Positions 1 to 12,640 of a stretch of 64,000 bases of DNA are shown one piece after another. The translations under genes were made by a program, and so were the position numbers. The number at the start of each line of letters is the position of its first letter. Position 1 is the stretch's first letter. Source of the stretch: Vicugna vicugna (taxonomy: Eukaryota); NCBI GenBank assembly GCA_013265495.1, contig MU062090.1:3845679-3909678 (forward strand). Direction: 5' to 3'. The notes beneath the pieces were generated by a model that made no database searches, was not told the DNA's origin, and saw only the letters and a list, made by a program, of their open reading frames with translations.

Positions 1-934
1 TACTGGGGGACTTTCCTGGCTGCTCCAAAGGGTCACGATGTCCTGGATCTTAGGTACCCACTGCTTCCAGCTTGGACCCTGCTTCCTGTATTACAGAATG
101 TCTCTTAAGATGAACAAACACCAAACTGTATTCACCGCATGCATTTGAGCAGTGGGTCTAGAAAATATTACCAATGGGCAACAAGATGGTATCTGGAAAC
201 ACACAATGGAGCAATTTAGATTAAAGGCTCCTACCTTTGAATCTGTCTGCTCAGTCATGCATTCCTATAGACATGATTAACTAACCATAAGACCCAGGAA
301 TTCAAAGTCTGAATAGAAAATGTCTATTCTTCCCCAAGTGAATCACACATCACCTATCACTGCAGAGTTGCCAAACTCTATGGTTTTCTTGTCAAACATA
401 AATTCAATAGCTGACCACAGCAAGGGACAGAAATTTCTTATAAATCAAGTAACTACATACATTAGAGGGAGATGCAGGGAACCCACTGCCACATTTCAGT
501 CAATCAAAAATACATGTAATGAGTATCTGCCATATTCAGGGTGCTGGGCTTTGTGCTGGGGAGGTATTTAATGAAATATGACCTGGCCCTAACCCTCAAG
601 CACAGAAATATCTACTTTACATTGCAGCTATGAGGATTGCCTGGCACACAGTCAGTGACTGGTAAATGGCCACTGTTATCACTACAAGTAATGTAATATA
701 ATATGTAGGTAATATTTAAGACATAAATGCAGGAGATGTCACATGATGGATGGGTTACCAAACGGCTCACCCAGACACTAATGGTTCTGAGATCAGAAGA
801 AAAGGGAGTTCCTGGAGTCTGAAGCAGGTGAGGTAATTTTATGCAAATGGTTTCAGCCCTAATTATAATTTACCATTTTGAAAGTTCATCAAGACCTAAA
901 TGCCAGGCAGAGTGACTGAAAATTTCATCTCTTT

Positions 935-1230
935 TTAACTTTCACAATCAAATGATGTAGATATAATTGCCCCCATTTTCCAGATGAGGAAGTGAGGCTC
1001 AGAGAGGTTAAGTAACATATTCTGTGTCACAAAGGCCTGATGCTAATGTTTTTCCACTTAATCAAATGATCCCCATCATAGAATTAGAGACGATTAGAGC
1101 TGGAAGGAAATGCAGAGAACATGTTGTCCTAATTGCTTACTTGACAGGTGAAGAAGCAAAGGTCCAGAGAAGAAAAGTAATTTGCATCAGTTCACACACC
1201 TAACTAGTGACATAACTGAAATTAGAAACC
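935..1230 (-). mobile_element. MIR SINE fragments
   Basis: cccattttccagatgaggaagtgaggctcagagaggttaagtaac core, plus a second core near 1140. Confidence 0.7.
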
Positions 1231-1683
1231 AAGGCTCTGGTTCCAAGTTGGTGCCATTTCCAATATTTTTTCCAAGTGGTCTCCAATATTTATGCTAAGC
1301 CAATAGCACTTTTTAAATACAAATATAAAAAGATTATTCTGAGAGAAATCTTTGCGTCAATTTTACATAACCTGTCTTCTCTGCTGGGTAGGTACTTAAT
1401 GATTTCCTGTTAGTGCGAAATCATTCTCCACCTCCCATCCCACCCCATTCCATTCCTTCCACTTGCACACACACTCACACTCAAAATACATACACCCTCT
1501 TTTTATTCAGAAGGTAAAATGCAAGCTAAGTTTATACCACAGCATTTGAGATTTTTATTTAAGCTAAGGCTTAACTGAACCATTACTTCCCCAAATTCAC
1601 CTTTTAGCAGGATTTGGAGTTAATTTGTTTCTTGGGAATTGTATAATTTAGGAAAAGTATGGCAAACATCTAACAGTAGAGGT

Positions 1684-2034
1684 TGTGGTCTGAAAATTGC
1701 CCACCCTCCCCCAAATCATATGTTAAAATTCTAATGCTCAGTATGATGGTATTAGAAGGTAGGACCTTTGGGAGGTCATGAGGGTGGAGCCCTCATGAAT
1801 GGGATTAGTGCCTTATAAAAGAGGCCCCCCAAGGGCCCCCTAGCCCCGTCCACCATACGAGGACAAAGAGAGAAACACTGCTTATGAACCAGAAAGAGGG
1901 TCCTCTCAGAAAGTGACCATGCTGGTTCCTTATCTTGGACTTTCAGCCCCTTAGAACTGTGAAAAATGAATTTCTGTTGCTATGAGCTCCCCAGTCTGTG
2001 GTATTCCAATCTAGCAGCATGTATGGACTAAGAG
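1684..2034 (+). mobile_element. ERVL-MaLR (MLT1/MST-like) solo LTR
   Basis: Typical MaLR motifs: ggagccctcatgaatgggattagtgccttataaaagagg and cttggactttcagccc..gaactgtga; ends ggactaaga. Confidence 0.8.
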
Positions 2035-2369
2035 ATTAAATATTAATAATTGATTTCAAAATGCTTTCCTTTTTGGCTCATGTGTGGTTCCAAGATCAAT
2101 GAGAATGCCTATCCACTGGATTGTCAAGTGAGAAAACATTCTTCGCTCTCCCTGATCACAGGCTCTTCCTCTGGGGCTGATACGATCATGCTACTCTGTG
2201 TCCCTCTTTAGTTTTCTTTTCTAGTGCTCTACCAATTTCTAAATAGACGCCATAAAGTACAAAGAAACATATAATATGACATTGCAGTAAGCAGGCTTTT
2301 TAAACTTGGGAACTTCAGCAACAATTTGTAGCTGATCTTTTAGTTTACTAATTCAACTATTTTTTCTTT

Positions 2370-3680
2370 TCTGAGAGTGTAATTATCACTTATCACAAAA
2401 TAAATACCCATGTAACTATCATTACAACCAAAACACAATATTGTCAGTACCCAGGAGACTCCTGTGTGCCCCCTCTCCCTCACTCTCTCCCCCCTCAAAA
2501 TCACCAATACTTTGAATGTTAAGATAATAATTCCCTTGCTTTTCTTAATACCAAAGCCCGTATTGTTAAAAACTCCAGTCTTTCCTGGTTTTAAATGTTA
2601 TTTATATTGAGTCATATAGTGTATATATATATTTAATTCCTGGCCTGTTTCAGTCAACATTACACCCATCCGTTCATGAATATGCCACAAGTTATTTAGC
2701 CGTACTGTTAAAGGACATTGTTCCAGTTTTGACTACGGTAAATAATCTTGCTAAGGACATTTTTGTGCATTCTTCTGGCATGCATGTTCTGCATTATCTT
2801 GGGCATATATTAAAGGGTAAAATTATAGGGTCATAAAATATGGTTAGCTTTAGCAGAGACATTTCCCCAGAGTAGTTGTAGTAATATACTACCCCATACT
2901 AGTGTATGAGAATTCCCATTGCCCCCTAATATTTATTATTATCAGTATTCTAAGATTTAGCCGTTCATTAGGTGATCTCAGTTTGTACTTTCTGAATTAC
3001 TAATGAGCTAAATATCTTTTCGTATATTGTATCTATTCACTGGATATTTGCTACCATTGTGTGTGTGTGAGATGCCTTTTCAGTTATCTTTTTTTCTTTT
3101 TCTGTTGAGTTGTCTGCCTGTCTCTTATTCCTAGGTGAGAGTTCTTTGCACAATCTGTAAAAAAAGCTCTTTGCCAGTAACATGTGTCTCTCTTCTTGGT
3201 GGTTTGTTTTTAACTCTCTTGACGGTATACTTTGATGGACGGAAGTGTTCAGTTTTAGTCTATATCCTCATTTATTACTCTTTTCCTTATAATTAGTGCT
3301 TCTGTTTTCCACTTAAGTTTTCACTTACAGTAAGATTATGAATATATTCTTCTATATTATCTTCCAGATGCATTTCTGTTTTACCTTTCACATTTAAGCC
3401 TACAATACAGACAGAACAGGTGTTTGTGTACAGTGTGCAATAAGGTTAAGTTTCTTTTATTTTTCCTAGGCACAGCCAACTTTCCCAATATCATGTTTTG
3501 AAAAGCCCACCTTTCCCCTCTGCTGTAGTACCACTGTTGTTGGAAATCACGTGCCCATATATGCATCTGTCTGTTGGCGAGAATCTTGATGCTCTTCATT
3601 TGATTGACTTATATCTTTATCAACCAATACTATGCTCTTTAAATGACTGTAGCTTTATAAGTTTGACATACAGTTGAGCA
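2370..3680 (-). mobile_element. Old L1M 3' region fragment
   Basis: T-rich sequence resembling reverse L1MC/ME 3' UTR and ORF2 end. Confidence 0.65.
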
Positions 3681-3769
3681 AGGCCAACCGTTAATGGTTA
3701 CTTGTAAAGGAGATTAGTCTGCAGAAAATACACAGGAGGAACATCTGAGGAAGGTTAAAAATTAAGAGT

Positions 3770-4750
3770 TGTTGGAACATCCAGGGCACAGTCCTTGGAA
3801 CACTTGTCTTTTCTTCCTACACTAACTTCTTAGGTCACTTTATCTAGTCTCATGTGTGAAATACCATCTATAAGCCAATGGCTCGGAACCCTATGTCTCC
3901 ACCCTGGAATTTTCCCCTAAATCTTGAACTCAACTCTCCAAGAACCTATCTGACATCTTCATTTGAAAATCTAATAGGTATCTCAGACTTAACTGGCCTC
4001 CTGATATCTGCCTCTCCCCAATACAATTCTAACTCTTTCTTCAGTCATTTCCAATTCAGGTAAATAGCAATCAATTCTTTCATAAATCTTGCTCTTTTTA
4101 AACTCTCTTTCTCACTCTCCACATGCATTGTATCAGCAAATTCTTTGTTCTGTATGAGATTACATCAAAAATTAACAACTAACAACTTCTTCCCACTTCA
4201 ATCTTGACATCCTGGACACCATCTTCTCTTGCCAAGATTAACACAATAGTCTCCCTTATCTGCCCCTAGTTCGCCATAATTTATTCTCTACCCAGAAAGC
4301 ATAATCATTTTCCTGTTATTCCTCTTTTCAAAAGCAGTTCAATGGATGTCCATATCACTCCAAGTAAAAACCAAAATATTATGTTGAACAACCTCCTAAA
4401 TGATCTGGTTTCCTGACAGCTCTTTGATGTCACCTCTCAGTGTTCTCCCCTCCATCCTCTCTGTTCCAGCTGCCTGGTCCTCAAGCATCCTAGGGACGCT
4501 CCCTCCCTCATGCTTTCACATTAGCTCTTCCCTCGGCCTGGGACACTATTGGTTGTCTCCCTGCTGGCATCCACACGTCTGAATTTCCCATTTCTTTTAG
4601 TTCTTTGCTCTGTAGTTACCTTCTCAGTGAGACCATCCCTGGAAACCTCATCTAGAATTTTATAGACTAACATTTCATATTGCCTTTCCATGCTTTATTT
4701 TTTATCCTTAATAGTGATTAGTACCTAACATACTGTCTAAAATACATATT
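3770..4750 (+). mobile_element. L2 LINE fragment
   Basis: cagggcacagtccttgg..ataccatcta..ctcaactctccaa..tcatttccaattcagg resembles the L2 3' half. Confidence 0.7.
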
Positions 4751-5426
4751 TTACTTATTTATATTGTTTACTTTGTGGCTTTTTGAAATGATGTGATTTG
4801 AAGCCCAAATGGAGAAATTCACCTCAAAAGGAGCGATAGCAGGACACCCCCTGTAACAGGGGTGAGGTGGATAGGGTAACTGCCTGCATAAGGGGGTCTA
4901 CAAGCCTGGTTGGCTGAGCGGCCCGCTGTTTACTCCACAGGCAGTGCTCCTGATTACCTGCATATCATCCCCAAAAGGCCTGGCTGGGCTGATCAGGTGT
5001 TTTGAAATTCTTTATGATTGGTCAGTTTCTGTGCTTTATAATCATATTAGAGCACTTTGACTATTGAGTATGGTTGGAAGTGGGGAAGATGGACAAGTGG
5101 AGTGGGGACAAGAAGAGAGAAATATGCGTATAGAAGTCCAATATACTTATATTCATTTGAGTTTTAAATTCTTGTTAATGTAAGTAGCTAAAAGTTCTAT
5201 CTGTATCTTTAGTTATGATTGTGTCAACTCAAAGGTAGTACAGCCTGAAATCTGGCCCTGTAAAAGGGTCAATAGTTGGTTAAATCCAAGATCACTGTCA
5301 GCAAGTAGCAGTTCCAGGCTTACAAGACAATTTTAGTACTGTCCTTCTCTACCACTCTCATATGATAACCTCATGAGTAAGGTGACTTCCTAGATGAACA
5401 GAAATTTAGAATTCAAAGATTGCATT

Positions 5427-5875
5427 TGTTATAGGTTGAATAGTATCCCTCCAAGAGATATTGAAATCATAACATCCAGTACCTATGAATGTGACCTTAT
5501 TTGAGAATAGGGTCTTGGCAGATGATTTAAGTTGAGGTTATTAGTGTCAACCCTAATCCAGTAATGACTAGTGTCCTTATAAAACAAACATTCGGACAGA
5601 AGCAGACATGTCTGTGGGGAGAACACCACACGAAGATGACAACAGAGACGAAGGTGATGTATCTACAAGCTAAGGGATGCCAGGGATTGCCAGCAATCGC
5701 TCAGAAGCTCGGCGAGAGGTAAGGAACAGGTTTTTCTTCACAGCCCTCGGAAGGAACCCACCCTGCTGACGTCTTGGTCACAGGCTTCTATCTACCAAAA
5801 CTAAGAGGAAAATGTTGTTGTTTAAACCACACAGTTGGTGGTACTTTGTTACAGCAGCCCTAGAAAACTAATGTA
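5427..5875 (+). mobile_element. ERVL-MaLR (MLT1B/C-like) solo LTR
   Basis: tgttataggttgaatagtatcc..gaatgtgaccttatttg..; ends gttacagcagccctagaaaactaat. Confidence 0.8.
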
Positions 5876-5979
5876 GTCCCTATTCTTTTCAGAACAATGA
5901 AAGTAAATAGAATTCAACTCATGACCACAAGAATTTTAATCTCATAAAATTTCTAAGGTTTGAAGAGCCATTTAAAAAC

Positions 5980-6600
5980 TTTCTAAATTAGAACAATTTT
6001 AGATTGAAGGAAAAATTGCGAACCTACTACAGAGTATTCCTCTACACAGTTTCCTCTGTTACCATCTTAACTATAGTAGGGCACACTTGTCACAACTAAT
6101 GAACTGATATTGATACATTATTATTGACCAAACATACTTTACTCAGATTTCTTAGTTTTTACCCAGTGTCCTATCCCACCCAGGGCACCATGTTACATTT
6201 GTCATGTTTCCTTAGGATCCTCTTGGTAGTGATAACTTCTGACTTTCCTTATTTTCAATGACGTTGATCATTTTGAGGAGTATAGGTCAGGTATTTTGTG
6301 GAATTTGACTCATGCTGTTCCTCATGGTGGTGATGGGCTTTAGGGGGAAGGTCACAGAACTAAGGTATCTTTTTCACCACATCCTATCAAGGGTACGGAC
6401 TACCAGCGTGACTTATCACTGTCACTTTAACCTTGACCACCTACCTGATGGAGTGTTTGTCAGAATTCTCCACTGTAAAGCTACTCCTGTCCCCTGTCTT
6501 TCATGCTATATTCTTTGGAAAGAAGTCACTATACACAGCCCACACTCAAGAAATAGGGAGTTATGTAAAAGCTTATGCTTCAGAAACTCCGAGTATATTT
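5980..6600 (-). mobile_element. L1MC-like 3' end fragment
   Basis: ttttagattgaaggaaaaattgc..cattacatttgtcatg..gtcaggtattttgtg motifs. Confidence 0.65.
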
Positions 6601-6619
6601 AATGTATCAATTTTAGTCA

Positions 6620-6900
6620 TTCAATGAACATTTATGGAGGGCTAGTCATGTGCAATGCACTGTGTTAGGTTCTGAGGAAACAGCACTAAGAAAATAGATA
6701 AAGTTTCTGCTTCAACACAGTGTTAAAGTTGGTGGAGAAGACAGGCATTAAGGAAGGATTAAAAGCGTGCTAAGTCATGAAAAAACTGAGGGTAATATGG
6801 GGGTGTAAAACATGATGAGGTAGTGGGGTGGTGGGCTAGTTAGTTTAGTGCAGGAAAATAGAAAGTTTCATCAAGAAAATTATGTTTAAGCTAAATTCTG
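6620..6900 (-). mobile_element. L2 3' end fragment
   Basis: tcattcaatgaacatttatggagggc..gcactgtgttaggttctgagg. Confidence 0.6.
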
Positions 6901-9900
6901 CAGACACATAGGAGTCAGGTAAGCATGTGACGTCATGTTGGGGAGTTATCATATTAACTGATACAGTCCTGCTTGACTGAGAATTAAGCTTCTCCTTGCT
7001 TCAGAAGGCAGGAAGAAACTTTAGAAAAGATCTCAAATAAGGCTAACACTAGAGTTTGTAATATTTTTGGAAAGCCAGTTGAAAACTCCTAACCTTGGAA
7101 ATTTATTATGAATAGTTAAGAACAGCTCATACTGGAACTCTCTCTTCAAAAAAACCCATGGAAATAGCAACACTACAAAGCTGTTATCATCTGGATAGTG
7201 GTTTACGATAGCCAATGTCTCATGCAGATGACAGAATTGTGTGGTTTTCAGGATGTTTGCTACCAAGGGAGAAAAAAATACCTGAGGAAGCCATTTCCCC
7301 AAATGTGGTGACAGCCTAGTCATTAAAGAACATTCTACTTCATTGTTATGAATATATGAGTCACTCCAGTGGTTTACTGTGAATATTTCTCACCATTTAC
7401 AAGAAAACATCTGCTACAACTAGATGAATGATTAGCTGCAAAGTATATAGGAATTTTGTTTTTAAGGATTACTTTCCAAAGTGCCCCCATTTCACCCTTC
7501 ACTTCATTCAGGTGCACGTATAATGACGTAGGAGGTCATTTCCAGAATTTCCAGGGTCAGTAGGAGCAAATTCTTGAAGAGGCTCATAAGATAAGGTTTT
7601 TGCACCTCTCAGAATCTGAGCATTTTTTTGAGATTACTCCACTTCATTTTCAAAGAACTCTGTCCCCTGTCTCTGGCCCTCCCAGGACATATCTTCAAGG
7701 TTAATGTTTAAGTGTTAATTAAGCCTAGCCATCCCCTAAGAGATAAGTAAGTAAACAGGCTAGCCATGATAACAAGGTTTCTAAGACTGGCCATAAAGGA
7801 ATGTTAATGCATCTTTCATAGTGGAAACAATACATTTATAATCTTAGACTTGGAGTAACTATGGTTACCAAGACTCGTGCGGCTTTACCTTCACTTGGTT
7901 CCTTTCACTGGGGATCCACCTCTGTCATCAGGAAAGAGTCTCCTTGGCTAATGGCCTTCAGTGTGTCATCAGGAGAATACAAAGAGTAAATACCTCGTGA
8001 ATAGAGAGTGTAAATTTCTTTATCTGCTTTAGAAGTGTCTTTTCAATAAGGAAGACTTGGTCAACAAAGGAGAGAGGAGTGTTCTTAGTTTAAACCAACT
8101 TTCTGAATAAAACAGCACTGGCTTTCTATTGTACCTGAAGTGTTGTGTTATCAAAGATTACCTGCCAAGTACTTCAAGTCTTTAGAGCCATAGTCCTGAT
8201 GTGGACTACGTGCTTCAAAAAGAATTTCTGCAGATACTTAGGGTGAAGGGGTCAAGAAGAAGATATTATCAGGATAGAATCTAGACTCCTAGATTTAGGA
8301 TGAATTTCTGCAAGTAGCTTCTCAAAGTGTATTAAGGAGATAGGAAATTGTTGAAACCTAACATTAGAAACAAAGCAGGGCTCAAAAGTATATATCTAAT
8401 CTGCTCTATAAAAATAATATGAAATATATTAAGATGAAAAGAAGCACATGAAAATGTAAACAGTGGTTATCTAAGGGGTGAGATTACAGATGATTTGACA
8501 CACACACAAAATTATAACTTAAATATTTATGAAAACAATTAGTTTTATATAATAATTTATTTTACACAATAGCTACAGCGTTGGCAATTACAAGGACTTA
8601 CTGTTCACTGGGACACTTTCAAAGTTGCTTGGCAAATGATAACAGGAGTGATTAAAGCACTGATGCTTTTTCACCTGGAGGGAAAAAGAGTAATGAAACA
8701 TTAAAGCTGGCTTCAACCGTTTGGAAGACTGTCAAGTAGAGAAGTAACAAGACTTATTTTCCAAAGACTAGAAGTTCTATGGAGTTTAGCACTTGTCTTA
8801 ATTTAAGAAAGGAATTTCTAACAACAAGGGAACAGATTGATAGTCAAGAATTACATAGGGCATTCAAGAAGAGGTTGGAGGGATATCAGACATATGGTTA
8901 CAAAAATAATTGCTTCACTGAGTGAGAACTGACTATGGGGTTTTTAAGGTCTTTTCAAGCCTTGGATTCTATTATTTTAAACATTGCTAACATATTTGCC
9001 CAACACTCTAGAGGTCAGAAGTCTTGGTTTTTCTTTTCCTCACTTTCTTTTCCTCCACCCCACTCTCACTTCCCTCCCATATTGACAGAAAATGCTGACT
9101 TTTGCTGGGAGTCACAGAGGCAAATCGCCCTTAAGAACAATGCTAAAAGAACAGTAAATTCCTCATGATAAAACTTCTGATTTAAAGATTGGAACTGAAA
9201 GAATATAGTGACTTGTCTAATTTATTACCACAACGTATTTTATACCATAATGGTAGGGCAGAGTTCCCTTGGGTTGGGTTTTGCAGGAGCTTAAGACAAA
9301 TGGGAAAGAATAAGATGGGCTCAGGTTTCTAACGCTCATCTGATCACACATTTAGACATGATCCATGCTATCCATTCTTTTCTCTAGTCCATCAATTTCC
9401 ACACCATGTTACTCAAAAATGGTCAAAGACATTCTTGAATCAACCTTCCCAGACATCTCAGCCCTGTAGTTCAGGAAGCCCATTGTATGATTCCCCAAAG
9501 AGTGTCACATCCTCACCTCTTCTTCAACCCAGATAGGAAGCAAATATCCTTATAACACCATTCTTTTAGGAACTAGGCAAATAGTATTAGAAACTTTGTT
9601 CCAAATACCAATAACCATTTATCTTCTAGCAAAATAATAGTATAGGTATTTAGAATTCTGGGCAATTTCAGTATTTAGACAACTTATTCTACTCAGACGT
9701 GAATACTAGAGGGATGACTTAGCCTTTTGGACATGTTTCTTTGATAAATATTAAATACATAAATTTCTTTTACTTTGCTTCAGGAATATAAAGACATATC
9801 ATAGAAGGAAGAACTGTAACTCATAATTCTCAATTTCTCTAAGGGCCTCTAATTTCAAATAGATCATGTTAAATTTTCCACTGTCACTTTCCATGTTTTG

Positions 9901-12394
9901 ATTTTTTTTTTTAATTTGAAACATTCTGCCCTGCACAAGACAGTATTTAGAAGAGACTGCAGATTGGCTTTATATAAATAACAGAATAATTAGAGTAACT
10001 ACCTCAAAAAAGGAGTTATGGAGCAAATACCCAACAGGGCTTAGACCAGCTTTCTGTATTCAGTAAGACTGCAAGATCAGGTCACTGTTATTATTGTGGT
10101 CAATGATAATACTATTAAGAGGGGAACTTACCCTGCACAGTTCAGATTCCACTTATATTTATTATCTATGTGTTTCAGGCACTGTGCTCTCTGTTTTCAT
10201 TTAAATTTCTTGTTAACTTTGAGTGAAGAAATTTGTCCATCTCTGTCCAGAGGAGAAAAATGTAGTTTAAAAGATTAAGTATTCTGCTGCCCAGAGGTAG
10301 AGCTGGGATCCAAACTCAGGTTTCCTGACTCTAAGACTGAGGCACAGAATTTTTAAAATGTCTTCATGTACAATTACGCGAACAACCTGTGGGCTTCACT
10401 GTGATAGCATGAACATGCCCACAACCCCCTCTAGGACAAATGGGACCTGAGTTGAGTTATCCCCTTCCTGAGACAGGCGTGTTAAACTGCTCTCCGGGAT
10501 CGTCAATTGGTACAGGACAAATGAATGATTCAAAGCCACATTTCTGCAGACTTCTCCACGCTGTGAGGTATTAAGGAGAACAAAGCATCTCAGTGGTAAA
10601 AGGACCCAAACACCTCTGATTGCTTGCAACGTCTTAGCCTTGCCATGATGTAAATTATAATTAATTTTTATCAATACAGGGAATCTTTCTTTGTTAACCA
10701 GAAAAATCCTCTGAATTAGTTATATTTTCAATGAGTCTATTAGTAGGAAAGAAGCGTTCATCAAAATGGTAGTCTGAAAATGGAGTTGGACAATGTTGGC
10801 CAAGAGAGAAGAAAGAACAGGTGTTTGATCTCATCCCACACTCGTTCGGAGTGGAATACGGAAGAGAAACACTCTTGTTTTTGTGGACATGTGCTAAAGA
10901 AAACAGAGAAATCCAGCCAAGTCGCACAGTGAGTTTCATGAATATACGGAGAAATGTTTACTTGTCTTGAATTGAGGATGGAATTCTAGTCCCTTGGACA
11001 ATGAGCCCGATTTTCGAAGGCCAGCATAAGCCCACTTGTGTTGTCTATCATTCTCTCTTCTGGGAACATTCTAATTTAGCTAAAACCAGGATTTGGATTT
11101 AGCCTAGCTATAAATTAAAAGTATACTATATGGCTATGCAGCCCTGCCCAAGAGTTTATTTGCTTTTACATTAAAAAATAACTCAAGTTACTCTCAGTGG
11201 ATTCATTAAAAGCTTGATTTCTCCACTTTATAGCTATTTTGCCTGGCAGATGGGATCTGGGTTTTTCCTTATGCTGCATTTTTTGAACCATGTATATGTG
11301 CTGGGATAGCAGTATACTTTCCCGCCAACACAAAAGCCACATGAATATTTCAATAAAATTGCATTATTTGGCATCTACTGTCCACACATGTTCACTTGGC
11401 TATTGCTAGTCCAAGCCAATTATAGCCACAAGGGGAATGAGTGTTTGAAATTTAAACAAGGAGCTCTAAATTTTGTAAGAGAGAAGAGGCCTCCTGACAG
11501 GTAGATCAGTCTCTAATTCATTTTTAATGTAGTTGACAATTCCATAAATCACTGTTTCCCTCTCATTACGTGCCAGCTTCTGGGCTGTAGGAGCCCAAAA
11601 AGAAAACTTCTTTATACTTTTGGGTGGGGAGTTTAGGACTAGGTTAGACTTTGAATGAGCTTTTAAGGGTGAATAACTTCACCATGCAGAGAATAAAGAG
11701 TATTTGAAGTAGAGAGAATGGCATGAAGGTATGATGAGTTCAAGGGTAGAGCAAGTTCTCTGATGTGGCTGGAGAGCACATGGCAGAATGGATAGAAAAA
11801 TGCAAGTTGGAAGGAGATGATAGAGATGATGGATCTTTCGTGCAGTCAGAGGGTCATCATCAAATGTTTTAAAATGAGGAGAGTTAAGCTTTAGCCTTAT
11901 TAGTCTTGAGAAGTGGAGTATTACATTCCCACAAATGTGAAAAGAAAACCCAATGCCTTTCCCAGTAAAAAGTGTCTGTAAAGTCTGAAGTTAAGTGGAC
12001 AGGTAAGTAGGAGAGAAATCTGTTTGGAAATATTGTTGTCAGCTAAGAACCAAAGCATGTAATACCTTAGTTAGATTACCCTAGGAATATTTTTTTATTC
12101 TGATTTTTAAGAATCTGGTTGGGAATTGGGAGAGAACAAGGTACAGATGGAATTAATGTGAACGCTTTCTGTCTAATGTTAAGGTCACTCAGAGATACCA
12201 TTTGTTTAATCATTGTCTGTATACTTGTCAAGAAAAAAAAAGATACACATTTTTTATGTGCCAAAAATGATCGTGGTTGAAAATGATCCATGTGTCTTGA
12301 TCAGAATCTGAAATATGAACCTACTCTCATTTTCTTACCTTCCCAGATTTTCAGCTATGTATGGATTTTCATCCTCTGAGGTAGTGTTTTAGAA

Positions 12395-12640
12395 TTGTAT
12401 GCACAGCACAGTCAAGAGCTTGGTCCCCAGAATCAGGCAAACCTGAGCTCTGTCCATGTAGGAGCCGTATGACCTCAGCAAGAGATTAGATTCCTTTGAG
12501 TCTCAACTTTTCCAACTGTTAAAAAGAAAAATCAGATGCAAACTCATATCTATCAAATAATTATTATGAAGATTAAGTAAATTGTTTGAAAAATGCTTAT
12601 TATGGTGTCTGGTGTATATTAAGGACTTGATAAATGTCAT
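12395..12640 (+). mobile_element. MIR SINE
   Basis: gtgaccttgggcaag-like core with tcaacttttccaactgttaaaa..tgaagattaagt..tgcttat..tgtctgg. Confidence 0.6.

Noticed and set aside
7923-7974. Two TGTCATCAGGA copies resembling C/D-box motifs on the minus strand
   Set aside because: No terminal stem, proper box spacing or recognisable antisense guide.
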